Positions 1 through 8,507 of a stretch of DNA of 64,000 nucleotides are shown piece by piece. The notes beneath the pieces were generated by a model that did not search any database, had not been told where the DNA came from, and saw only the letters and a list, made by a program, of their open reading frames with translations. Both the position numbers and the translations under genes were made by a program. This DNA comes from a bacterium. GTDB lineage: Bacteria > UBA8248. The stretch covers positions 992,001 to 1,056,000 of the forward strand of contig CBDATS010000004.1 in assembly GCA_965200245.1 (NCBI GenBank). The letters are read 5' to 3'. Every line of letters begins with the position of its first letter. Position 1 is the first letter of the stretch.

Positions 1-301
1 TGATGCGGCTCAGAATGTCGCGGCCCTGCTGGTCGGTGCCAAGCCAGTAGGTGTCGCCTGCCTTGTCGACGTAGCCGGGGGGTTTGAGGTAGCGCCCCAA
101 ATCCTGGGAGAGCGGGTCAAGCGGAGAAAATATCTCGGGCACGATGGCGAAGATGACGACAAGGGAGACGAACAGCGCCCCGAAGATGGCAGGCGGCCTG
201 CGCCTCAACTCCATCATCGCGAGATGAAAGTCGCTCGGTCCGCGTTCGATATCCTCATCAATTTCGATGTCGAGCGTTGCCGCCCTGTCGTCGATCACCA
301 T
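1..301 (-). CDS. Peptide/nickel ABC transporter permease (DppC/OppC-like), N-terminal part; runs off the window
   Basis: Manual translation from ATG 301: MVIDDRAATLDIE...PPAIFGALFVSLVVIFAIVPEIFSPLDP...YWLGTDQQGRDILSRI. LGTDxxGRD is the DppC motif. Follows the DppB-like gene. Confidence 0.9.
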   Translation of the reverse strand, partial: MVIDDRAATLDIEIDEDIERGPSDFHLAMMELRRRPPAIFGALFVSLVVIFAIVPEIFSPLDPLSQDLGRYLKPPGYVDKAGDTYWLGTDQQGRDILSRI

Positions 302-316
302 CGGCGTCCTTACCCC

Positions 317-1336
317 TTAGCTATAGGAGATCCTCGGGTCGAGCCATGCGTAGAGAATGTCAACCACGAGATTCACAAAAACAAACACGAACGCCAACAG
401 GGCCACCGCCGCCTGGACGATGGGATAATCCTGGTTGTTGATAGCGTCCACGACCAGAAAACCTACGCCCGGCCACGCGAAAACGGCCTCGGTTACCACC
501 GTGCCTCCCAGCAGAATGCCGAGTTCGAAGCCCACCAGGGTCACTACGGGGATGGATGCGTTCTTGAGAGCGTGGCGGACCACTACAATCCATTCCACGA
601 TTCCCTTGGAGCGCGCCGTGCGCACGTAGTCCATCCCCAGGACGTCGAGCATCTGGGAACGCACGAGACGGGTGATGCGCGCGGTGGCGTAAAGACCCGC
701 CGTGATGGCCGGCAGGATTATGTAATACCAGGCGTCGTAACCAGAAGTGGGTAGCCAGCCCAGATACACGGCGAATACGATAATGAGCAACAGGCCAAGC
801 CAGAAGTTCGGCATCGACTGGCCGAACATCGCCCCGACCGAGCTCGTGTAGTCTATCCATGTGTTGCGGAAAGTAGCCGATAAAACACCGGCGGGTATGG
901 AGATCACCACAGCTATCAGGACTGCCACAAGGGCGAGGAGAACCGTGTTCGGAAAATGCTCGAGAACGAGGCCCATCGCAGGAATCTCGTGGCGGTAGGA
1001 AAAGCCGAAATCGCCTCGAATCACGCCCTTGGTCCGGACAATCTTGGGTGCGTCGGGGTCACGTTCGAGGTCGTTTGCCGCACTATTATCTATTTCGGCA
1101 CCGAGCAGACTGTCCACGAGATCCGAACCCAGCATGAACTTGGCGAACTGTATCGGAATGGGCTGATCAAAGCCCATCTCCCTGCTGAAGGCCTGGATGT
1201 CCTCTTCCGTGGAATCAAGCGGCATCAGGACGGCCGCGGGGTTCCCCGTAATCTGGAGCATCGAGAAAACGATTACCAGTATTGCCGCGAACACGATGAA
1301 GCTTTGCAGGCAGCGCCTGATGATATAGGTACGCAT
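317..1336 (-). CDS. Peptide/nickel ABC transporter permease (DppB/OppB-like)
   Basis: ORF 317..1396, start trimmed to MRTYIIRR. Motifs GDFGFSY, DYVRTARSKG (EAA loop), TEAVFAWPGVG, DYPIVQ. Confidence 0.93.
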   Translation of the reverse strand: MRTYIIRRCLQSFIVFAAILVIVFSMLQITGNPAAVLMPLDSTEEDIQAFSREMGFDQPIPIQFAKFMLGSDLVDSLLGAEIDNSAANDLERDPDAPKIVRTKGVIRGDFGFSYRHEIPAMGLVLEHFPNTVLLALVAVLIAVVISIPAGVLSATFRNTWIDYTSSVGAMFGQSMPNFWLGLLLIIVFAVYLGWLPTSGYDAWYYIILPAITAGLYATARITRLVRSQMLDVLGMDYVRTARSKGIVEWIVVVRHALKNASIPVVTLVGFELGILLGGTVVTEAVFAWPGVGFLVVDAINNQDYPIVQAAVALLAFVFVFVNLVVDILYAWLDPRISYS

Positions 1337-1590
1337 ATCGAAACCCTTGCCAAGATGCGATTGACAGTAAGTACGCAACATATGTGCAAAAGCCATTTAT
1401 CCCCTTCTTTCGGCGTCTCGTCAAGAACCATGTCGCTTGCGCGCGACCTGAACCTTGCAAATCTTCATGCCCAGGCCGGTCCTTTGGTTCATGGACAACG
1501 TACGCTTCGTTTTGTAGGATGCGGAAATTGCGAAGCGTGTTCCCTCACCAAGGGATGATTCTCTGCCTTCATCACCGAAAGGAAACGCAC

Positions 1591-2574
1591 ATGAAACTCG
1601 CCACGTACAGGAACCTCTCGCCGGGTGCGACCGGTGATCGTCTCGGGGCCGTCCTGAAAGACGGCAGGATGCTCGACCTGCGCCTCGCCTATGCGAGCCA
1701 TCTCGCAGAAAAAGAGCGTGAAGGACGCCCCTACGCCATGGCGAGCGCGCGGATTCCCCGTGACATGCGCGATTTTCTATGCGGCGGCGAACCGGCCCTG
1801 GCGGCGGCGGGCGCAGCGCTCGGCCATGCGGAGGCCATCATTGCATCGGGTGGAGAACCTGCGGGGCCGGATGGCGAACTCGCTGTTCTCAAAGACCGCC
1901 ACGTGCGCCTGAGGGCGCCGATCCCCCATCCGGGCAAGTTCTTCCACACCGGTCTCAATTCGAACAAGCACGTCGCGAACACGGGCCACAAGGTTCCCGA
2001 AAACGTGCCGGGTGCGCCGCGTTTCGACACATCGCTCGTCGGCCACGAGGAGCCCGTGCTGTATCCCAAACAGACCAAAATGCTGGATTACGAGGTGGAA
2101 GTCGGTTTCGTCATCGGCAAATACTGCAAGGACGTGAAACCGGAGGACGCCTTTGACGTCATCATGGGTTACACGGTCTACAACGATATCACGGCGCGCG
2201 AGGTGCAGCGTTCCGCCGCTTTGGGCGGCGTGTTCCTCGGCAAGAACTTCGACACCACCAACCCCATCGGCCCCTACATCGTCACCGCGGACGAGGTGCC
2301 AAACCCCGAATCGCTGCATGTGCAATGCCGGGTAAACGGCGAGACGCGCCAGGATGAATTGCTGACAGACATGATCTTCAAGATACCGGAACTCATCGCC
2401 TTCTACAGCCAGATGTCGCTGGAGCCGGGAGACATTGTCTCATCAGGCACCTTCTGTGGCGTGGCTCTGGAACAGGAAGACCCTGAACCTTATCTCCTCA
2501 AGCCAGGAGATGTTGTGGAATGCGAGGTCGAGCACATAGGGGTATTGAGAAACCCCATCGTCGCCCAGGACTAG
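1591..2574 (+). CDS. Fumarylacetoacetate hydrolase (FAH) family protein
   Basis: DYEVEVG, YNDITARE, GKNFDT, GDIVSSGT, GDVVECEVEHIGVLRN. ATG 1591 follows AAAGGA. Confidence 0.9.
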   Translation: MKLATYRNLSPGATGDRLGAVLKDGRMLDLRLAYASHLAEKEREGRPYAMASARIPRDMRDFLCGGEPALAAAGAALGHAEAIIASGGEPAGPDGELAVLKDRHVRLRAPIPHPGKFFHTGLNSNKHVANTGHKVPENVPGAPRFDTSLVGHEEPVLYPKQTKMLDYEVEVGFVIGKYCKDVKPEDAFDVIMGYTVYNDITAREVQRSAALGGVFLGKNFDTTNPIGPYIVTADEVPNPESLHVQCRVNGETRQDELLTDMIFKIPELIAFYSQMSLEPGDIVSSGTFCGVALEQEDPEPYLLKPGDVVECEVEHIGVLRNPIVAQD

Positions 2575-2577
2575 ATA

Positions 2578-3561
2578 TCAGGCGGAAACGCCAAGAGTCT
2601 TGTAGACCGCGGCGATGACTTTCTCCGTGCTCGGCAGCACGAACTTCTCGAGTTTCGTCTGAACGGGAATCGGCGTCATAAGGGCGGCCACACGGCGGAC
2701 AGGCGCGTCCAGATACTCGAATGCCTCCTCCTGTATCGCAGCAGAAACCTCGGCACCCACGCCGCTCCTCAGGTGACCCTCCTCCACTATTACGCACCGG
2801 CCCGTCTTGCGCACGGAAGCTGCGATGGTCTCCACGTCCAGAGGCGAGAGCGAACGCGGGTCGATGACCTCGCATTCGACTCCCTCTCCTGCCAGAGCCT
2901 CCGCCGCAGCGAGACAGTGACCCACCTGGTAGCCGATTCCCACGATGGTGGCATCCGTGCCTGTACGCTTCACGTCGGCTACTCCGATTGGGGTGGTGTG
3001 ATCGCCTTCAGGCACGGATTGTTTCGTCTTCTGCGCGTAAAGGAGCCTGTGCTCGATAAACATGACCGGATTTTCATCCCGGACGGAGGCCTTGAGCAGA
3101 CCCTTGGCGTCAGAAGCACAACTCGGGTAAAGGACTTTCAGGCCCGGTACCTGCATGAACCAGGCTTCGAGCGATTGCCCGTGCGTCGCGCCGTACTGAA
3201 GACCCGCGCCGCTGGGTATTCGAGCCACCATGGGAACGGATATCTGACCTCCCAGCATGTAGCGCAGCTTCGCCGCCTGATTCACGATGGGATCAAGCGC
3301 GTAGGTGGTGAAGTCCATGAAACGCAAATCCACGATGGGCCGAAAACCCGCCATCGCGGCGCCTACACCCGCGCCCGTGAAACCGAGTCCACAGATGGGC
3401 GTGTCGCGCACCCGGTCACGACCGAAACGGTCTGCAAGCCCCGAACACACGCCGAAATAATCGAAGGCCACGTCCTCGCCCATGAGGAAAACCTTCTCGT
3501 CGCGCGCCATCTCCTCATGGAGCGCCTCGTTCAGGGCTTCGACGTAAGTAAGTTCAGGCAT
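2578..3561 (-). CDS. ThDP-dependent dehydrogenase E1 beta subunit (acetoin/pyruvate DH family), copy 1
   Basis: ALHEEMARDEKVFLMGEDV, DAKGLLKASVRDENPV, EVIDPRSLSPLD, SVRKTGR. The conserved TPIxE Glu reads Gly (DTPICG). Confidence 0.92.
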   Translation of the reverse strand: MPELTYVEALNEALHEEMARDEKVFLMGEDVAFDYFGVCSGLADRFGRDRVRDTPICGLGFTGAGVGAAMAGFRPIVDLRFMDFTTYALDPIVNQAAKLRYMLGGQISVPMVARIPSGAGLQYGATHGQSLEAWFMQVPGLKVLYPSCASDAKGLLKASVRDENPVMFIEHRLLYAQKTKQSVPEGDHTTPIGVADVKRTGTDATIVGIGYQVGHCLAAAEALAGEGVECEVIDPRSLSPLDVETIAASVRKTGRCVIVEEGHLRSGVGAEVSAAIQEEAFEYLDAPVRRVAALMTPIPVQTKLEKFVLPSTEKVIAAVYKTLGVSA

Positions 3562-3572
3562 ACCGGATTTCC

Positions 3573-4541
3573 CTAGGCGAAGATGTCCTCAAGCGCCACG
3601 CTCTCCTCGGGCTCCGGGCTGTTCTCCGCAAACTCGATGGCCTTCTGTATCTCCGCTTCCACTGCATTTGCGTGCGCTTTTTTCTCTTTCGCCGTCATCT
3701 TGATCATCTTCTCGCACACGATGAGGGGGTCTTTTCCATTCCAGGTCTCCCATTCCTCTTTCGTACGGTACATGCCGTAGTGCGGATCGCCACGCGAGTG
3801 ACCGAAGAACCGGTAGGTCTTTGCCTCGACGAGGCTGGGTCCCAGGCCGCGCCGGGCGTGGTTCACGGCCTCCCGGCTCGCCTCATGGACCGCCGCCACG
3901 TCCATACCGTCCACCGTCAGGCCGGGAGCGTCGTAGCCTTTCGCCCGAACGCTGATGTCGTCCACCGAGGTGGAATACTCCGCAGGCACGCTGACAGCGT
4001 ACCGGTTGTTCTCGCAAAAAAAGACCACCGGCAGTTTCCAGATGGCGCACAGGTTCATCGCTTCATGAAACGCGCCGTTGTTCGAAGCGCCATCTCCGAA
4101 GAAAACCACCGCTACGCGGTCATTCCCCTCCAGTTGGAACGCAAGTCCGATGCCCGCCGCCATCGGCATGTTCGCGCCCACGATGGAATGCGCGCCGTAG
4201 TGTCCCTTGGATACATCGGCGATGTGCATCGAGCCACCCTTGGATCGGCAAAGGCCTGTTACCTTGCCCATGAGTTCGGCCAGCATTTCGGGCAGGCGCG
4301 TTCCCTTGGCGATGGAGTGGCCGTGTCCCCGGTGGGTGGTAAGCACGGCATCATCCTCGCGCAAGGCCGCGCACATGCCTGCGGAACACGCCTCCTGGCC
4401 GATGCTCACGTGGACCCCGCCCACCACCTTGCCCGCCATGTAGAAATCATCCGCCGTCTCCTCGAAGCGGCGGATCCGGAGCATCGTGCGGTACATATCG
4501 TGCATGCGCTTTCGGGTTAATCGGGCATTCGTCCTAGCCAA
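3573..4541 (-). CDS. ThDP-dependent dehydrogenase E1 alpha subunit, copy 1
   Basis: ThDP motif GDGA...CENN, THRGHGH, KGGSMH, TYRFFGHS. Confidence 0.93.
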   Translation of the reverse strand: MARTNARLTRKRMHDMYRTMLRIRRFEETADDFYMAGKVVGGVHVSIGQEACSAGMCAALREDDAVLTTHRGHGHSIAKGTRLPEMLAELMGKVTGLCRSKGGSMHIADVSKGHYGAHSIVGANMPMAAGIGLAFQLEGNDRVAVVFFGDGASNNGAFHEAMNLCAIWKLPVVFFCENNRYAVSVPAEYSTSVDDISVRAKGYDAPGLTVDGMDVAAVHEASREAVNHARRGLGPSLVEAKTYRFFGHSRGDPHYGMYRTKEEWETWNGKDPLIVCEKMIKMTAKEKKAHANAVEAEIQKAIEFAENSPEPEESVALEDIFA

Positions 4542-4551
4542 AAGATATCCT

Positions 4552-5538
4552 CTATGAAAGTCTTTCTTTCGCCGCCGCCACGATTTTCTCCGTGCTCGGC
4601 AGGACGATGGCTTCCAGTTTCACGTGAACAGGGACGGGAACGTCGAGGGCCGCAACGCGGGTGATGGCCCCCCTGAGCGATCCGAAGGCCGCCTCCTGAA
4701 TCGAGGCGGCGATCTCGGCTCCCACACCGCCGCTCCTGTGTCCTTCCTCGGCAATGACGCACCGACCCGTTTTTCGGACCGATGCCGCAGGACCCTCCAC
4801 GTCCAGGGGATTGATGGTCCTGGGATCCACCACCTCGGCGTCGACGCCTTCTCCCGCAAGCAACTCAGCAGCTTCGAGGCAATTGCGCGCCTGGCTTCCG
4901 ATTCCGATAAGGGTGATGTCCGTCCCTTCTCTTTTCACCGCCGCCTTTCCGATGGGTTCGGTGTGATCGCCTTCCGGAACGGGGCCCTCCAGAGCGTAGA
5001 GTGCCCGGTATTCCACGAAAAGCACAGGGTTGTCTTCCCTGATGGCGGACTTCAGGAGCCCTTTCGCGTCGGCCGGGTCGCTCGGCACGATGACACGCAG
5101 TCCCGGGACCTGGATAAACCAGGCCTCGAGGCACTGGCTGTGCGTAGGGCCATTTTGCGAACCGCCGCCCTCGGGTGCCCGGATGACCAGGGGCACACTC
5201 ACTTGACCACCGAGCATGTAACGCAGCTTGGCTGCCTGGTTCGCGATGGGATCGATGGCCAGCATCATGAAATCGATGCGCCGCATGTCGAGCACGGGCC
5301 GATAACCCGCCATCGCAGCGCCTACGGCGGCGCCGGTGAAGCCAAGTTCGCTGATGGGTGTGTTGCGAACACGCTCGGGGCCGAACCTGTCACCCAGACC
5401 GGCCGTGGCGGGCGAAATGGAGGAAAGCGCCACGTCCTCCCCCATGAGGAACACCTTCTCATCGCGCGACATTTCCTCGTGAAGCGCCTCGTTGATCGCC
5501 TGCGCGTAGGAAATGGTGCGCATCTTCGTATCAGGCAT
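4552..5538 (-). CDS. ThDP-dependent dehydrogenase E1 beta subunit, copy 2
   Basis: ORF 4552..5601, start trimmed to MPDTKMRTISY, overlapping the upstream alpha stop (ATGCCTGA). NTPISELGF, THSQCLE, DAKGLLKSAIREDNPV. Confidence 0.92.
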   Translation of the reverse strand: MPDTKMRTISYAQAINEALHEEMSRDEKVFLMGEDVALSSISPATAGLGDRFGPERVRNTPISELGFTGAAVGAAMAGYRPVLDMRRIDFMMLAIDPIANQAAKLRYMLGGQVSVPLVIRAPEGGGSQNGPTHSQCLEAWFIQVPGLRVIVPSDPADAKGLLKSAIREDNPVLFVEYRALYALEGPVPEGDHTEPIGKAAVKREGTDITLIGIGSQARNCLEAAELLAGEGVDAEVVDPRTINPLDVEGPAASVRKTGRCVIAEEGHRSGGVGAEIAASIQEAAFGSLRGAITRVAALDVPVPVHVKLEAIVLPSTEKIVAAAKERLS

Positions 5539-6499
5539 AGAGATCCTCATACACTTCCTCGGGTGCGGGTTCGGGGCTCTGACGCGCGAAAGCGAGCGCA
5601 TCTCTCAATTCGCTTTCCACCGCATTTGCGTGCGCTTTTTTCTGAACCTCGCTCACACCCAATATCTTCTCGGCTACGAGAAGGGGGTCTTTCTCCTTCC
5701 ACTCGTTCCACTCTTCCTCGGTTCGGTACGGACCGAACCGAGGATCTTTTCTGGAATGACCGAAATAGCGGTAGGTCTTCGCCTCGATGAGGCTGGGTCC
5801 CAGGCCCGTCCGCGCGCGATCCACGGCCTCGACCATGACCTCATGCACCGCCAGTACGTCCATGCCATCTACCGTGACACCGGGCGCGTCGTAAGCCGCC
5901 GCCCTCGCGCTGATGTCCGTCACCGAGGTGGCATACTGCACCCGTGTGCTCGAGGCGAAATGGTTGTTCTCGCAAAAGAAGATGACAGGCAGTTTCCATA
6001 TCGAGGCCAGATTCATCGACTCATGGAAACTGCCCTCGTTCGCGGCGCCATCACCGAAGAAGACGACCGCCACCTGACCTTTTCCATCGAAATGAAAGGC
6101 GAGGCCGATCCCCACCGCCATCGGCATGTTGGAACCCACTATGGAGTGCGCTCCGTAGTGGCCCTTCGATACGTCGGCAATGTGCATCGAGCCGCCCTTG
6201 GCGTGGCAAAGCCCGGTCGCCTTGCCCAGAAGCTCCGCCATCATCTCCGGCAGGCGCGTTCCCTTGGCGATGGAGTGGCCGTGACCACGGTGGGTTGTGA
6301 GAATCGCATCGTCTTCGCGAAGCGTGCTGCATGCGCCGACAGAGCAACCCTCCTGGCCAATGCTCACGTGGATGCCGCCCACCACTTCGCCCTGTTCGAA
6401 CAACTCGAACGCCGTCTCCTCGAAGCGGCGTATCCGCAGCATATCGCGATACATCGCCTGCATGCGCTCATCGCTCAGAAACGCCTTTTCTTCGGACAA
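5531..6499 (-). CDS. ThDP-dependent dehydrogenase E1 alpha subunit, copy 2
   Basis: GDGAANEG...CENN, THRGHGH, TYRYFGHS. Likely TTG start at 6499 after GAGGAG (ORF 5531..6514). Confidence 0.92.
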   Translation of the reverse strand: MSEEKAFLSDERMQAMYRDMLRIRRFEETAFELFEQGEVVGGIHVSIGQEGCSVGACSTLREDDAILTTHRGHGHSIAKGTRLPEMMAELLGKATGLCHAKGGSMHIADVSKGHYGAHSIVGSNMPMAVGIGLAFHFDGKGQVAVVFFGDGAANEGSFHESMNLASIWKLPVIFFCENNHFASSTRVQYATSVTDISARAAAYDAPGVTVDGMDVLAVHEVMVEAVDRARTGLGPSLIEAKTYRYFGHSRKDPRFGPYRTEEEWNEWKEKDPLLVAEKILGVSEVQKKAHANAVESELRDALAFARQSPEPAPEEVYEDLYA

Positions 6500-6583
6500 C
6501 GAAGTTCTCCTCAAACACGGGAAGATGAATTTTCTCGCTCGGGAGTTTCAAGATTCTCACAAATCGCCGTCCCTGGCCAGCAA

Positions 6584-6991
6584 TCAGGAGGAATTCGCAC
6601 GTTCTTCCCCGGCTTGCTCATCGGCGATGCGTTTGAGCGCGTAAAGGCCTTCCATCAACACGGGCGCGCCGCCGCCGATGCTGGCCACCTCGAAGGCCTC
6701 AAGCACTTCTTCCATCGTCGCGCCCAGGCGCAGGGCTTTTTTCGTGTGGGTGTAGACTTCGTGTTTCATGCCCTTGAAGGCAAGCAGGCCGATTTCGATG
6801 AGTTCGCGCGTCTTCGGGTCGAGATGTCTGGGTTCTTCCTTGAAAAATCCCCAGTGCATCTGCGAGTAGACCTCGAAATAGTCCGGGTCCAGTTGCGCGC
6901 CAAAGCCGAGCACGTCGTAGACGAAACCGCGGTCGCCATGAATCTTTTCCGTGATTCGTTTTACTTTTTCTTCCCTGGTTTCTTCCACCAT
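6584..6991 (-). CDS. Carboxymuconolactone decarboxylase (CMD/AhpD-like) family protein
   Basis: LDPKTRELIEIGLLA...HTKKALRLGATMEEVLEA pattern, no CxxC. ATG 6991 after AAGGAG. Confidence 0.8.
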   Translation of the reverse strand: MVEETREEKVKRITEKIHGDRGFVYDVLGFGAQLDPDYFEVYSQMHWGFFKEEPRHLDPKTRELIEIGLLAFKGMKHEVYTHTKKALRLGATMEEVLEAFEVASIGGGAPVLMEGLYALKRIADEQAGEERANSS

Positions 6992-7010
6992 TTTCTTCTC
7001 CTTATGCGAA

Positions 7011-7050
7011 CAAGACAAAGGCGGGAGCCTCAAAACGCGAAGCCCCCGCC
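7011..7050 (-). terminator. Probable intrinsic terminator or attenuating hairpin after the alpha/beta hydrolase
   Basis: Minus strand GGCGGGGGCTTC...GAGGCTCCCGCC followed by TTTGTCTTG. Confidence 0.55.
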
Positions 7051-7063
7051 AAAACGAAACATT

Positions 7064-8236
7064 TTACGCCGTGGCGAACCTGTCCATCCACCAGTCGGCG
7101 ATCCAGTCCCCGCACATCGGCAGGTTGTCGAACACGCAGTGCTGGCTGCCGCCGTCCTCGTCGGTGAAAATCCTGAGTTCTTTCTCTTCGGAACCGCATG
7201 CCTCATAGAGCCTGTGGGCCATCTCGACCGGCACGATGTTGTCGTTCTGGCCGTGGGTGATGCAAATTGGCATGCGTATCTTCTCTGCGACGCCCGCCAA
7301 GGTGTAGGCCTTGCATTTTGCCATTGCGGAATCCATGTCCGGCGCGCCCAGCACCCAGGGCAACTGCCAGATGGCAGATGAGGATACGGTGCCGCCGCTT
7401 TCAAGCACCCGTCTCCTGTGCACCCATACCTCGTGATAGTCGAAATGCGCACCCCAGGTGAGGCAAGCCGCGTAGCGGTGCTCGAAGGCGGCGATGCGCG
7501 GGGCGTAGTAGCCGCCCATGCTCATGGCCATCAAGCCGATGCGCGAAGAATCCACCTCCATACGCGTGTCCAGAAAATCGAACGCCGCTGTTCCCGCCAC
7601 CTCGTAATCGAAGCGGCTCGGTATCTTGCGGAGCCTGAGCGTCTCGCCCTGACCGGGACCGTCCACGCAGAGCACACCGACGCCCCGCTCTATCAGGGCG
7701 AGCGCACCCCACAAGACGGTGATCTCCTTGGACCCGTCCAGTCCATTGAAGAACGCCACGTAAGGGTCATTGCCTGTGGGTTGTCTCGGGGGAAGAAGAT
7801 AGGCGGCCAGAGGACCTTCTTCGTAGGGAACGTCCACGCGTTCGAAGCCGGCAACGCGGTATTTCATCCCCTTCTCATAATGGGACAGGAGTTTCCTGTA
7901 GGATTCGGATTTTCTCGGATCGTCGGGATGGACGAAACGCTCGCTCGCGTAGCGGTAGACAGCACTCCGCACATAGGCCGCCATCGCGGTGCGCGTGTGG
8001 CCCTTTCGCTCCTCATCCTCCGCCCGGGCGAGGGTCTTGTCCGACATCCAGGACCAGGCGTCGTGCCAGGCTTCGGCGTCGCCTACCCATCCGCCCAGGC
8101 ACTTGCCGATCTGGTCGATTTCCTGAAAGTTCGAACCGCCCATCGGGGCGATGTTTATCTGCCCGCTCATCAATTGCGACCAAAGATAGTGTTCCGGGAA
8201 GTATCGAAACCAGGAACCGATGATGTTTTCCGACAT
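7064..8236 (-). CDS. Alpha/beta hydrolase, 2,6-dihydroxypseudooxynicotine hydrolase / FrsA-like
   Basis: NGLDGSKE, VDGPGQGE, nucleophile elbow AMSMGGYYAPR, HGQND, GSQHC. Confidence 0.8.
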   Translation of the reverse strand: MSENIIGSWFRYFPEHYLWSQLMSGQINIAPMGGSNFQEIDQIGKCLGGWVGDAEAWHDAWSWMSDKTLARAEDEERKGHTRTAMAAYVRSAVYRYASERFVHPDDPRKSESYRKLLSHYEKGMKYRVAGFERVDVPYEEGPLAAYLLPPRQPTGNDPYVAFFNGLDGSKEITVLWGALALIERGVGVLCVDGPGQGETLRLRKIPSRFDYEVAGTAAFDFLDTRMEVDSSRIGLMAMSMGGYYAPRIAAFEHRYAACLTWGAHFDYHEVWVHRRRVLESGGTVSSSAIWQLPWVLGAPDMDSAMAKCKAYTLAGVAEKIRMPICITHGQNDNIVPVEMAHRLYEACGSEEKELRIFTDEDGGSQHCVFDNLPMCGDWIADWWMDRFATA

Positions 8237-8356
8237 GCAAAGTCCCCCAAAGTTGAATCAATTCACGTATTTAGTCGTTATGCGATGCGAGGAACATACA
8301 CGCAAGGCTTACGCGTTCTCAAGGAAAGGATGCTGTGAAGCATATTTTCCCAAGCT

Positions 8357-8386
8357 TTGACGATTCGTTCAAATCCGTGATAGATT
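8357..8386 (+). promoter_or_regulatory. Candidate sigma70 promoter for the binding-protein gene
   Basis: TTGACG-N18-TAGATT with extended -10 TG, in the divergent intergenic region. Confidence 0.45.
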
Positions 8387-8507
8387 TTCCGTATTCACCA
8401 TGAAGACACACAAATTACGTTACACTCTCGGCAACTCAAGAGGTGTTTGCGACTTTCAACGGAGTAGGTTTTTGGAACCTGTTCCATTCCCTAAAGGAGG
8501 AAAAACC

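Noticed and set aside
5513-7381. Long antisense ORFs (5513..7381, 8529..9989, 10275..11885, 16229..17614, 41212..42669) and the alternate-frame ORF 22770..24608
   Set aside because: Shadows of real high-GC genes on the other strand or frame, with R/H/A-rich composition and no motifs.
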